Shown: positions 1-9,217 of the stretch, in pieces
How the letters are laid out: each line of letters starts with the position of its first letter
How positions within the stretch are numbered: position 1 is the stretch's first letter
Source of the DNA: Candidatus Krumholzibacteriota bacterium
Lineage (GTDB): Bacteria; Krumholzibacteriota; Krumholzibacteriia; LZORAL124-64-63
DNA: 64,000 bases
Assembly (NCBI GenBank): GCA_024277025.1
Contig: JAJRWA010000018.1
Span: 56 to 64,055, forward strand
Reading direction: 5' to 3'
Made by a program: the position numbers and the translations under genes
Notes under the pieces: model-generated
The model's input: the letters and a program-made list of their open reading frames with translations, nothing else
What the model was told of the DNA's origin: nothing
The model's database searches: none

Positions 1-1252
1 CGGCTGCATCCACATTCTCGCCTTCGACCTGGGCCAGGCTCTCGGTCAGGCGCACTTCGCAGTCGCTGACCCCCGCCAGTTCACGCAGTGCCCGTTCCAC
101 ACTGGCCGCACAGTGGCTGCAGTTCATGCCCTCGACCGCGAATTCCATTTTCTGCGCCACCGACGCCAAGCCCTGCAAGGTGGTCGTTCCGGTCTCGCAG
201 GCCGTCCCGTCACAGCCGCAATCGTGCTGCCGCGATTTCCACCAACTCCAGATCATGACCACCACCAGCACCACGCCGCTCAACTGGTCGAACCAACCGA
301 CGCCTTCGTGCTGATGCAATGAACCGGAAAGCACCGGCAGGGCCAGCGCCGCCCGCGGCATGAGCCAATCCAGCAGCAGGCCGCCGCCAAAGGCCGACAC
401 CGCCACTGTCAGCAGGTAGATGAGCATCGTGCGCCGGCCCAGCACCCGGCTGATCGTCGTCAGGGTGGCCGCGTTGGTGGCCGGTCCGGCCACCAGGAAG
501 GCCAAAGCCGCACCCGGCGTCGCCCCCAGGGCGATGAACCCCACGGCCAGCGGCACGCTCGCCGTCGCGCACACGTAGATCGGAATACCAACGATCATCA
601 TCAGGGCAATGGACACCGCGCCGGTGCCCAGATACGCGCCCAGGAAATTCTCGGGGATGGCGGCCGCGATAAAGCCCGCAATAAGAATACCGATCAACAA
701 GGCCCGGTTGATATCGCCGGGCAGCGTTTCCGTCGCGTAGACAAAGGCCGCCCGCAGCCGGGCCTGCCAGCCCACCGGGCGGTCGTCCGTGGGGGCACTG
801 GCCAGCCCCCCACCCCCGGCCGCGCTTTGGTCCTCGTCCTTGCCGAAAGCCTGCACCAGGCTGCCGCCCAGCAATCCGGTCAGCAACGCCACGACCGGCC
901 GGAAGATGGCAAACAAGGGCCCCAGCAGGGTCCAGGTGACCATGATCGAATCGACTCCCGTCTGCGGCGTCGACAACAGGAAGGCGGTCGTGGCTGCGCG
1001 GCTCGCGCCGTGCTGCCTGAGGCTGGCCGAGACCGGGATCACGCCGCACGAACACAGCGGCAACGGCACGCCGAAGAGCGAAGCCTTGAAAACCGGCGCC
1101 AGGCCCCGCCCGCCCAGGTGGCGCTCCAGCCAGGCCGGCGAAATGAAGACCGACAGCAGGCCGGCCACCGCAAAGCCCAGCAGCAGGAACGACGCCATCT
1201 GGGTCGTCAGCAGCCAGGTTTCGCGCAGAAAGTGAACAATGAAGTCAGTCAC
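1..1252 (-). CDS. Permease (DUF318/ArsP-like, SO_0444-type metal efflux) fused to C-terminal HMA domain; runs off left edge
   Basis: Not in ORF track. Manual translation from GTG at 1252 gives VTDFIVHFLRETW...LFGVPLPLCSCGVIPV...FLLSTPQTGVDS...GIPIYVCATASVP...AGPATNAAT, then FAVEGMNCSHCAASVERAL (HMA GMxCxxC). Confidence 0.85.
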   Translation of the reverse strand, partial: MTDFIVHFLRETWLLTTQMASFLLLGFAVAGLLSVFISPAWLERHLGGRGLAPVFKASLFGVPLPLCSCGVIPVSASLRQHGASRAATTAFLLSTPQTGVDSIMVTWTLLGPLFAIFRPVVALLTGLLGGSLVQAFGKDEDQSAAGGGGLASAPTDDRPVGWQARLRAAFVYATETLPGDINRALLIGILIAGFIAAAIPENFLGAYLGTGAVSIALMMIVGIPIYVCATASVPLAVGFIALGATPGAALAFLVAGPATNAATLTTISRVLGRRTMLIYLLTVAVSAFGGGLLLDWLMPRAALALPVLSGSLHQHEGVGWFDQLSGVVLVVVMIWSWWKSRQHDCGCDGTACETGTTTLQGLASVAQKMEFAVEGMNCSHCAASVERALRELAGVSDCEVRLTESLAQVEGENVDAA

Positions 1253-1285
1253 GCTGGCGATGATACTCTCGATCCATCCAGCCGG

Positions 1286-1636
1286 TTATTCGTCCCTGTA
1301 GCGCAGTCGGGTGCCCAGATCGTGGGAAAGCCGGATCTCTTCGGGCGCCAGTTCCCTGGGGAATCGGCAGCCGTAAATTTTGGCCCCACGCAGGCTCGCG
1401 CCCCGCAGATTCGACTGGCTGAAGTCGATGCCGCGCAGGTCCGCGTCCCGGAAGTAACTATCACTGAAATCCAGTCCGTCGGCGTCCAGGCCCCGCAAGT
1501 CCAGGGCCCGCAGATTCACGCCCGTCAGATCGCAGGTTTGCCCCGCCTCCTTCTTGATGTTGAAGGCCTTGACGTTGTCCACCCGCAGCAGCTGATACAT
1601 CGGATCCTTGGTGATCACAGGCTTTTCGCTCGGCAT
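1286..1636 (-). CDS. Pentapeptide repeat protein
   Basis: A(D/N)Lxx-type repeats: CDLTG VNLRA LDLRG LDADG LDFSD SYFRD ADLRG IDFSQ SNLRG ASLRG. ATG at 1636 follows AAAGGGAG. Confidence 0.9.
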   Translation of the reverse strand: MPSEKPVITKDPMYQLLRVDNVKAFNIKKEAGQTCDLTGVNLRALDLRGLDADGLDFSDSYFRDADLRGIDFSQSNLRGASLRGAKIYGCRFPRELAPEEIRLSHDLGTRLRYRDE

Positions 1637-1705
1637 GACGCTCCCTTTCGGTCCGGATTCAACCCAGTTCAAGATAAGGCCATTTCCCGCAGGCGGCGAC
1701 TGCCG

Positions 1706-3007
1706 TCAGTCCGTCCAACCGGCCTCGCGTTCGGCCCGGCGGGCAGCCTGAATTCCGGCGTTCACATCCACCCGGATCAGCAGCAAACCGCCCACGGCGA
1801 AAAACACGATCAGCGACAGGATGCCCAGGCGGCCCGTGCCCGTCAGTTGACTGACCACCCCGAACAGCAATGGCCCGGCGACACCGGCGAGCTTGCCGCT
1901 GGTGGAGAAGAAACCAAAGAACTCGGCCGTCTGGTGCCGGGGCACCATGGCGGCGAAAAGGGACCGACTCAGGGCCTGGGCCCCGCCCTGCACGGTACCG
2001 ACCGCGCCGGCCAGAACGTAGAACTGCCAGGCCGAGCGCATGAAATAGCCGCCGACGCTGATCAGCAGGTACACACCCAGTGCCCACAGAATCGCCTGCC
2101 GCGAGCTCGTCCGCCGGGCCAGGCGCCCGAACAGCAGCGCGCAGGGTATGCCGATCAACTGGGTCAGGACCAGGGCGCCGATCAGGTCGGTCAGGCCGAT
2201 ACCGATCTCCGAACCGTAGGCCGTGGCCATCTTGACGATGGTCCCGATCCCGTCGTTGTAGATCCAGTAGGCCCCCAGAAAGAGCAACAGCTGGCGGTGC
2301 CGGCGGATCTCCCGCAACGTGCGCCACAAGCGGGCGAAGCCCTGGGTGAACACGGTTCCGGTGGCCACGTCCAGGGGCGACCGAACCACCGGCGGCTCGG
2401 GCACATCGCGCAGCAAAGGCACCGCGAATACCGCCCACCACACAGCCACGCTGACAAACGAGGCCCGGACGGCAAATCCCGCGTCCGGCATACCGAACCA
2501 GCCCGGATGCAGCACCCACAGCAGGTTGACGATCAGCAGCAAGCCACCGCCCGCATAGCCCACCCCGTAGGCCCGGGTCGACAGGCGACCCAGATCCGGC
2601 CCCGCCGCCAGCCCCGGCAGCAGCGACTCATAGAAGATGATCGAAGCCGCGAAACCGAAGTTCGCCCCAACGAAGAGCAGGGCGGCAGTCTGCCAGGCGT
2701 CAGGACCCAGGGTCGCAAAGAGCGCCGTCAGGATCACGCCCAGCCCGGCAAACAGGGCCAGCAGGCGCTTCCGCGCGCCCACCACATCGGCCACCGCGCC
2801 CAGGATCGGCGCGCACACCGCGACCAGCAACAGGGCGCCGGCCGTCACATAGCCCCACAGGGCGGTGGCCTCGGCGCCGCTGTGGCCGGCGGCCTGGGCC
2901 AGCTCCCGGAAGAAGGGCGGAAACAGCGCCGCCATGACCGTGGTGGCGAAGGCGGAATTCGCCCAGTCATAGAGGCACCAGGCCCGTTGGGCGCGCCGGT
3001 CCGCCAT
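1706..3007 (-). CDS. MFS transporter (UMF1/ATG22-like)
   Basis: N-terminal AWCLYDWANSAF, about 12 hydrophobic segments, YNDGIGT, QALSRSLFAAMVP, EFFGFF. Confidence 0.9.
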   Translation of the reverse strand: MADRRAQRAWCLYDWANSAFATTVMAALFPPFFRELAQAAGHSGAEATALWGYVTAGALLLVAVCAPILGAVADVVGARKRLLALFAGLGVILTALFATLGPDAWQTAALLFVGANFGFAASIIFYESLLPGLAAGPDLGRLSTRAYGVGYAGGGLLLIVNLLWVLHPGWFGMPDAGFAVRASFVSVAVWWAVFAVPLLRDVPEPPVVRSPLDVATGTVFTQGFARLWRTLREIRRHRQLLLFLGAYWIYNDGIGTIVKMATAYGSEIGIGLTDLIGALVLTQLIGIPCALLFGRLARRTSSRQAILWALGVYLLISVGGYFMRSAWQFYVLAGAVGTVQGGAQALSRSLFAAMVPRHQTAEFFGFFSTSGKLAGVAGPLLFGVVSQLTGTGRLGILSLIVFFAVGGLLLIRVDVNAGIQAARRAEREAGWTD

Positions 3008-3013
3008 CAGCCG

Positions 3014-3586
3014 CTACCAGTAGTAGGAGATGCCCGCCTGGGGCACGACCTTGATATCACCGCTCTTGCCCAGATGCGCAAAATCGGCCTCGATCTTCCA
3101 GGCCCAGCGGCGTCCCTGCAGGTACTCGATGCCCACGCCACCGCCCACATTCCAGTTCTCGTTCAGATCAAAGACATCCTGGCCGCCGCTGGCGCCCGTC
3201 AATTCCTTGTGGTAGAAGTAGCCGGCCCCGGCGTTGATGAACATGCGCAGCCTTTGGTCCTGCCGCAGTATATAGTTCAGGTTGAAACCCAGATTGTGCT
3301 GCTGGTTGTCACTGGTGTGCCAGACACCACCGGCCACCTGGAGGTACAGCCACCAGCGCAACGGTACTCGGAACGATAAACCGTGCCCGCCAAGCTGGCC
3401 GTAGTGCAGGCCGATGGCCCCCTGCAGCGGGTCGCCGGCGCTGTTCCAGTCGGGCGTGGCCGTCGCCTGGGCTCCCGCCCCGGTCGGGACCAGGCAGGCC
3501 AGTACCACCAGGGCGGCCAAGACAAATCGGGCAATGAATGAGGTTGTCGGATAGCGGTAGCGCAACATGGCTCCATCCTTCGACAC
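3014..3586 (-). CDS. Putative outer-membrane beta-barrel protein
   Basis: Signal-peptide-like N-terminus, alternating amphipathic strands (NVGGGVGIEY, QAGISYYW), terminal aromatic residue. Start uncertain. Confidence 0.6.
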   Translation of the reverse strand: MSKDGAMLRYRYPTTSFIARFVLAALVVLACLVPTGAGAQATATPDWNSAGDPLQGAIGLHYGQLGGHGLSFRVPLRWWLYLQVAGGVWHTSDNQQHNLGFNLNYILRQDQRLRMFINAGAGYFYHKELTGASGGQDVFDLNENWNVGGGVGIEYLQGRRWAWKIEADFAHLGKSGDIKVVPQAGISYYW

Positions 3587-3645
3587 GGGTCAGCATCCTG
3601 CTTCGGAACCATGATGCCCAGATCGGCGGCCGGATTCAACCCCGA

Positions 3646-4284
3646 TTATGGCGCCGCCCCCTGCCGGGACTGGATATCGGTCACCTGATAGCCCGCATTT
3701 TCCACCGCCTGCCGCAGCAAATCCTCGTCCAGATCGTCGGCAACCCTGACCACGGCCTGCCCGCTTTCGTAATCCACATCCGACACCGCCACGCCGTCGA
3801 CGGCCGCCAACCGCTTGCTCAGGTTGACTTCACAGCCGGCGCAGGTCATCCCCTCGATGCCGAGGACTACGTCGTGACCCGTGGCCGGCATCGGGTTCTC
3901 TGGTGGGACCAGGACACCCACATAGTTGGGGAAAAAGGCGAACGCCAAAGTCATCACGGTCGCGACAGCCAGCAGGCCGAGATTGAACGTGCGCAACGAG
4001 AAGCCACGCTGCCGCCGGGGCGGGCAGCAATCCGCACCGTCAGTTGCACGCGCAGCGCCGGAAACAGCCGGCCGCAAGGTAAAATACCAGCCCAAGGCCA
4101 GCAGGACAAACGTGACGGGCAGCAGCACCGGCCGCCAGGCCTCGAATCTGGCCGCCGCCACGCCGCCGGAAAAACCGAACAGCAGCAGCAACAGGGGCAG
4201 CCAGCAGCAGGCCGATGAGACAACCGCTACTGCGACCGCGCCAAGCGCCGCCAGGGTTCCCTTTCGCCCCTCATTTCCCATCAT
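3646..4284 (-). CDS. MerT/MerF-like transporter fused to HMA (MerP-like) domain
   Basis: TM1 with SSACCWLP, three TMs, loop DCC pair, C-terminal IEGMTCAGC. Overlaps the upstream gene stop. Confidence 0.85.
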   Translation of the reverse strand: MMGNEGRKGTLAALGAVAVAVVSSACCWLPLLLLLFGFSGGVAAARFEAWRPVLLPVTFVLLALGWYFTLRPAVSGAARATDGADCCPPRRQRGFSLRTFNLGLLAVATVMTLAFAFFPNYVGVLVPPENPMPATGHDVVLGIEGMTCAGCEVNLSKRLAAVDGVAVSDVDYESGQAVVRVADDLDEDLLRQAVENAGYQVTDIQSRQGAAP

Positions 4285-4786
4285 CGGCCTCGTTCTCTTC
4301 AACGCCACAGCAAGCTGTATCGGCGACCTGGGCGAAAGGCTGCGCTGGTGCCGGCGCCCTTTTCCCCTTCGCGGCCTGCACCACTTGATTCACGTTGCCC
4401 AGACAGCACGCCCCCTGCGGATTCTTCTCTTCGCAGCGGTCGAGCCCCTGCTTGCACTTGCCGGCAATTTCGGCCGGGATATCAGAGTGTCCCTGCCGAC
4501 TGACGTCAGCTTCGAATTCGGCCGCGTCATGCCCGAAGCAATAACAGATCGGCCGCGGGTCGACGGTTTCCTTCATGCCGACGCGCACCTTGAGCTCACT
4601 CTTGTCGACTACTTCACCGGTTTCCGGCTGGTACCAGACCACAGCGCAGTCGGCGGTCGGGCAATAGTGGAACCCCTCCCGGACCGTCAACCGGGCCAGC
4701 ACTTCGCTGCGGGCCAGACTCGTGACAGTCAGTGGTTTGAGGCGCCGGCCTTTGGCCTGGCAAACGGGACAGAGCGGGGTGCTCAT
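4271..4786 (-). CDS. CopZ N-terminal-like Zn/[2Fe-2S] putative metallochaperone
   Basis: CPVC...YCPTADCAVVWY...PICYCFG...CEEKNPQGACCLGNV. ATG at 4786 directly after the merR-like stop. Confidence 0.8.
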   Translation of the reverse strand: MSTPLCPVCQAKGRRLKPLTVTSLARSEVLARLTVREGFHYCPTADCAVVWYQPETGEVVDKSELKVRVGMKETVDPRPICYCFGHDAAEFEADVSRQGHSDIPAEIAGKCKQGLDRCEEKNPQGACCLGNVNQVVQAAKGKRAPAPAQPFAQVADTACCGVEENEADDGK

Positions 4787-4787
4787 T

Positions 4788-5237
4788 TCACTGCTCCTCG
4801 ATTCGGTCCAGGGACAACGATTCCGCATCGACGAAGTTGCCCGCCAGCAGGGAGTCCAACAGCTGGCACTCTCCCGCCGAACGCCCGGCCCGGCAGGTGC
4901 CGGCCAGATCCTGCAGAGCCTCCCGCATCCGGGTCAGGGCCGACAGTCGAACCTCGATATCCGCGATCCTGGCCAGTGCGATCTCCTTGATCTCCAGGCA
5001 CGACGCCGCGGCATCGACCCGCAAAAAAAGCAGCTCACGTATGTCGGCCAGGGAGAAACCCAGGGCTTTGGCGTGCCGGATGAAGGCAATCCTGGCCACC
5101 GCCTCGGGCTGGTACATGCGGTAGCCGGACCGGTTGCGGGGCGGCGCGGGAATCAGGGACTCCCGCTCATAGAAACGCAGTGTCTCGATGCCGACGCCCG
5201 TCTGGCGCGACACCTGGCCGATGGTCATGCCCTCCAT
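4788..5237 (-). CDS. MerR-family heavy-metal-responsive regulator
   Basis: MTIGQVS...ETLRFYERESLI...RNRSGYRMY...ALGFSLADIRELL HTH. Three Cys (ASC, GTC-x8-C) in the pattern of the divalent-metal MerR/CadR/PbrR group. Confidence 0.93.
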   Translation of the reverse strand: MEGMTIGQVSRQTGVGIETLRFYERESLIPAPPRNRSGYRMYQPEAVARIAFIRHAKALGFSLADIRELLFLRVDAAASCLEIKEIALARIADIEVRLSALTRMREALQDLAGTCRAGRSAGECQLLDSLLAGNFVDAESLSLDRIEEQ

Positions 5238-5260
5238 GGGTGCTCCTCTGGTTGATTGTC

Positions 5261-5291
5261 AGTATAAGGCTGTACCTTGGTACAGGGTCAA
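5261..5291 (-). promoter_or_regulatory. MerR-type sigma70 promoter/operator with 19-bp spacer
   Basis: Minus strand reads TTGACC-19 bp-TATACT. The spacer holds the perfect dyad CTGTACC-AA-GGTACAG (5270-5285). Confidence 0.92.
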
Positions 5292-5389
5292 GCGCGCGAC
5301 GGGAATTCGGCCCAATTGGCCCGCGGGCGGGAACAATTTCCGAGCATTACGGTTGGGTTTTGTTGGCTCCCCACGAAAGGAAGGTTCTC

Positions 5390-6016
5390 ATGCGCATTGG
5401 GCTACTGATGGCTCTTTTCAGTCTGTTTCCCCTGGCCGGCCTGTCCGCGCCTTCGGCGGCTGCGACGGACGAGGGGGCATTCGCCGAGTTCGTCTCACCC
5501 GCCGACTCCCTGCCTCAGTTGCGGTATTTTGCCGACGGGCTGATCTCACTCAACGATCGCTGTCCCGTGCGCAAGGTGCGCCTGAATCCCCGGATGGGCG
5601 CAGCTTATGTCAATGGCCGACCGGTGGGCTTCTGCTGACGCCCGTGCGCCGCGACCTTCGTGCAAGGTCCTGAAATCTGGCTCACGCAGTTGGGGATCGA
5701 ACTGAACTGTGCGGTTGACCCGGCCCAGCCCGCTATTCTGGACGCCGATCACCGCATTTTCGTCAACTACGAGACCTACTATGTATCCAGCCTGGCAGCC
5801 CGCGACGAGTTTCGGCACGAGCCCTGGCGTTACGCGGGAATCGTGACCGATCCAATCAGCCGCGAGCGGTTCCAACCGACGGAGGCCTCACCGCGGACCC
5901 AGTGCGCGGGACGCGAATTCATCTTCACTTCACAGCGGAACGCAGCGCGTTTTCAGGCCGCGCCTGACCAATACGCCACACCCGTGGTGCCGTATGCCGG
6001 CCACATGGCGCAATAG
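5390..6016 (+). CDS. Candidate secreted selenoprotein with three YHS/TRASH-like repeats (208 aa, Sec83 at TGA 5636-5638)
   Basis: RBS AAGGAAGG, ATG 5390, signal peptide. ORFs 5180..5638 and 5660..6016 are in the same frame, and readthrough gives CPV...GFC-U-RPCAATFVQGPEIW, matching YHS FCCxxCxxxFxxxP. Confidence 0.8.
5636..5669 (+). promoter_or_regulatory. Bacterial SECIS-like element
   Basis: UGA, 14 nt, then stem GACCTT (5653-5658), loop CGTGC, AAGGTC (5664-5669). The loop starts after 20 intervening nt and has G at position 2 followed by U. Confidence 0.65.
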
Positions 6017-6099
6017 CCCCGCAGACGGTTGTTGGTTCACGCGCCCCGACGACAAGGCCCCGGCCCAGACAGGGACCGGGGCCTATTCCGTCAACGGGG
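6017..6099. terminator. Structured spacer or bidirectional terminator between convergent genes
   Basis: Inner hairpin AGGCCCCGG...CCGGGGCCT (6055-6084). Outer pairing CCCCGcaGACGG with CCGTCaaCGGGG. No clear U-tract. Confidence 0.5.
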
Positions 6100-6106
6100 G
6101 ACTGCC

Positions 6107-9100
6107 CTAGTCGGTCCTGGCCAGCGCCCGCCGACTCAGAAACCACTTGTACAGCGCCGGCAGAACCACCAGCGTCAGCACCGTCGAACTGACCAGCCCG
6201 CCGATCACCACGGTGGCCAGGGGCTTTTGCACCTCACTGCCGGTCCCGTGGGAAAACAGCAAAGGCAGCAAACCAAGCGCCGTCGTGATCGCCGTCATCA
6301 GCACGGCCCGCAACCGCAGACAGGCGCCCTGGATCGAGGCCTCGCGCACACTCACCCCGTCGGCAACCAGTTGGTTCATGTAGGTGATCAGCACCATGCC
6401 GTTTTCCAGCGCGATGCCGAACAGGGCGATGAAACCGATCGAGGCCGGCACCGACATGTTCATCTTGGCCAGCCACAACGCCACGACGCCGCCGACCAGG
6501 GCCAACGGGATGTTGATCAGGATCAGCATGCTGTTGCGCACCGAGCCGAAATTGCCGAACAAGAGCAGGAACAGGAACATCAGCACCACCGGCACGACAA
6601 ACTTCATGCGCTTGCTGGCCTCCTGCTGCAGACGGAACTGCCCGCCCCAGGTCGTCAGGTAGCCGGCCGGCAGCGTGACCTGCTCGGCCAACTCCGCCTG
6701 CGCATCGGCGACGAACGAACCGATGTCCCGCCCCACGACGTTGCATTGGATGGTGATGAAGCGCTGATTGTCCTCGCGCGTTATTTGGCGCAGGCCGACG
6801 ATCTCCTCGACCGTCGTCAGCTCAGCCAGCGGTACTTTCGCCCCACCGGGCGCCGTAATCAGGATGTCCTTGATCGCAGCCGCCGTGTCGCGAGCCTCAG
6901 GGACGAAGCGCACCAGGATATCGAAGCGCCGGATACCCTCGAAGACCTGACCGGCCACTTCGCCACCAACTGCGGCCCGCACAACGGACTGCACATCAGC
7001 CACGTTCAGGCCGTAGCGGGCAATGGCCTCACGGTCGATCCGGATCACCAACTGCGGCGCGCCGGAGACCTGGTCCACCTGCACGTCAGCCGCGCCCTCA
7101 ACCTCGCGGATGACCGCAGCCACCGCCTCGGCACTGTCCTTCAGGGTCTCCATGTCATCGCCAAAGACCTTGATCGCCAGTTCGGCCCGCACACCTTCGA
7201 GCAACTCGTCGACCGTCATGGCGATCGGCTGGGTGAGGTTCACCAGCACGCCCGGCACATTGCCGATCGACTCGCGAATCATCTCCTCGATGCCGGCCTG
7301 ACCCTTCTTGGTCCGCCACTGGTCCTCGGGCTGCAGAATGATGTATATCTCGGCGCTGTTGACGGGGTCGGTATGGGCCCCGACCTCGCCACGGCCGATC
7401 CGGCTGACGACTTCCTTCACTTCCGGAATCGCCATCAACCGCCGCTCGACAATGGCCGAGACCCGCTCGCTCTCGGTCATGGCGATCGACGGCGACATGG
7501 TCAGCCGCACGACGATCGTGCCTTCCTGCAGGCGCGGCGTGAACTCCGAACCGAGGCGGGGCGCGATGGCGCCGCCAATCACCAACAGCACGACAGCCAC
7601 CACCACGGCGGCCCACCGGTTGTCCACGAAGAAACGGGCCGCCGGCTTATAGGCTCCGATCAGCAGCCGCTGCATCCGGTTCTCGCCCTGCTTCTTGCCC
7701 GCCTTGGGCAACCGCATGAAGACGCTGCTGAGCATGGGGGCGATGCCGATGGCAAAGATCAGGGAGCCCAGCATGGCCAGGGCCACGGTGTAGGCCAGCG
7801 GCCGGAAGGTCTTGCCCTCGACACCCTGCAGCGTGAACAGGGGCACAAAGACCAGGATGATGATGCCGATGGCGAACAGGATCGGCCGCGCCACCTCGCG
7901 ACAGGCCGCCGAGATCACCTTCAGCTTGTGGCTGCCGGGTTCCGCCCCGCGCAGATGCCGGTCCACGTTCTCGATCATCACGATCGTGCCGTCGACCATC
8001 ATGCCGATGGCGATGGCGAGCCCGCCGAGGGACATCAGATTGGCCGTCATGCCCAGCTGTTTCATGGCCAGGAAGGCGAACAGCACCGAGAACGGCAGCG
8101 AGAGAGCCACCACGATGCTGGGCCGCACCCCGCCCATGAAGATCAGCAGCACCAGCGCCACCAGCAGCACGCCCTGCAGCAGGGCATCGGTCACCGTCCG
8201 CACCGCCGCCTGCACGAGTGTCTTCTGCTCGTAGTAGGGCACGATGTTCAGGCCCTCGGGCAGGATCTCGTTGATCTCCGCCAGCTTCTCCTCCACCCGC
8301 GCAATCACGGCTGAACTGTTGGTCCCGAAGAGCTTGATCACCTGTCCGGCCACCACCTCGCCGGTGCCGTTGCGCGACTGCATGCCGCGTCGCACGGCGC
8401 CACCGATCTTGACGTCGGCCAGGTCGCCGAGGAAAGTCGGCCGCCCGTCCTCGGTCCGGATCACGATGTCCCGCAGGTCATCCATGTCCCGGGCCAGACC
8501 GATTGATCTGACGACGAATTCCTCCGAGTTCTTCTCGATGAACTGGGCGCCCACGTTCAGATTGTTGGCACGCACCCGCTCGATCACCTCGCCGAGGGTC
8601 ACTCCGTAGCGCAGCAACTGCTCGGGGTGGACTTCGATGTGGAACTGCTTCTCGTAACCGCCGATCCCCAGCACCTCGGTCACACCGGGCACGGTCTGCA
8701 GATTGAACTTGATCAACCAGTCCTGGATCGAACGCAGCTCTTCGAGCGAATACTGTCCGGTCGTATCCTCGAGGTAGTAGAAGAGCACCAGCCCCATGCC
8801 GGTGGAGATCGGCCCCATGGCCGGATCGCCGAAGCCGTCGGGAATCTCCTCCCGGGCCTCCTGCAACCGTTCGCCAACCAACTGGCGGGCGAAGTAGATG
8901 TCCATCCCGTCTTCGAAATAGATGTTCACCACCGACAACCCGAAGTTGGAGACCGAACGCACCTTCACCACCCGCGGCAGACCGGTCATCGCCGCCTCGA
9001 CCGGATAGGTCACATACTTTTCGATTTCCTCGGGGGCCAGCCCGCTGGTCACGGTAAAGACCTGGACCAGATTGGGGGACACGTCCGGAAACGCATCGAC

Positions 9101-9205
9101 CGGCAGCTTGGTGTAGGCCTGATAGCCCGCACCCATCATCAACACGGCGGCCACGGCAATCATCAGGCGATTGCGCAGACCGAATTCGACTATTTTGTCC
9201 AACAT
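6107..9205 (-). CDS. czcA: CusA/CzcA-family heavy-metal RND efflux permease
   Basis: 1032 aa; LPVDAFPDVS, NLMSLGGLAIAIGMMVDGTIVMIEN, RLRAVLMTAITT, GSEVQKPLATVVIGG. Metal specificity not determinable. Confidence 0.95.
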   Translation of the reverse strand: MLDKIVEFGLRNRLMIAVAAVLMMGAGYQAYTKLPVDAFPDVSPNLVQVFTVTSGLAPEEIEKYVTYPVEAAMTGLPRVVKVRSVSNFGLSVVNIYFEDGMDIYFARQLVGERLQEAREEIPDGFGDPAMGPISTGMGLVLFYYLEDTTGQYSLEELRSIQDWLIKFNLQTVPGVTEVLGIGGYEKQFHIEVHPEQLLRYGVTLGEVIERVRANNLNVGAQFIEKNSEEFVVRSIGLARDMDDLRDIVIRTEDGRPTFLGDLADVKIGGAVRRGMQSRNGTGEVVAGQVIKLFGTNSSAVIARVEEKLAEINEILPEGLNIVPYYEQKTLVQAAVRTVTDALLQGVLLVALVLLIFMGGVRPSIVVALSLPFSVLFAFLAMKQLGMTANLMSLGGLAIAIGMMVDGTIVMIENVDRHLRGAEPGSHKLKVISAACREVARPILFAIGIIILVFVPLFTLQGVEGKTFRPLAYTVALAMLGSLIFAIGIAPMLSSVFMRLPKAGKKQGENRMQRLLIGAYKPAARFFVDNRWAAVVVAVVLLVIGGAIAPRLGSEFTPRLQEGTIVVRLTMSPSIAMTESERVSAIVERRLMAIPEVKEVVSRIGRGEVGAHTDPVNSAEIYIILQPEDQWRTKKGQAGIEEMIRESIGNVPGVLVNLTQPIAMTVDELLEGVRAELAIKVFGDDMETLKDSAEAVAAVIREVEGAADVQVDQVSGAPQLVIRIDREAIARYGLNVADVQSVVRAAVGGEVAGQVFEGIRRFDILVRFVPEARDTAAAIKDILITAPGGAKVPLAELTTVEEIVGLRQITREDNQRFITIQCNVVGRDIGSFVADAQAELAEQVTLPAGYLTTWGGQFRLQQEASKRMKFVVPVVLMFLFLLLFGNFGSVRNSMLILINIPLALVGGVVALWLAKMNMSVPASIGFIALFGIALENGMVLITYMNQLVADGVSVREASIQGACLRLRAVLMTAITTALGLLPLLFSHGTGSEVQKPLATVVIGGLVSSTVLTLVVLPALYKWFLSRRALARTD

Positions 9206-9217
9206 GCAACTCGCCTC

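Noticed and set aside
827-3379. Long ORFs antisense to real genes (also 6029-8314, 22408-25089, 29779-31539, 42243-43913, 46285-48426)
   Set aside because: They are shadow frames of high-GC coding sequence with no recognisable motifs, and the opposite strand carries clear family signatures.
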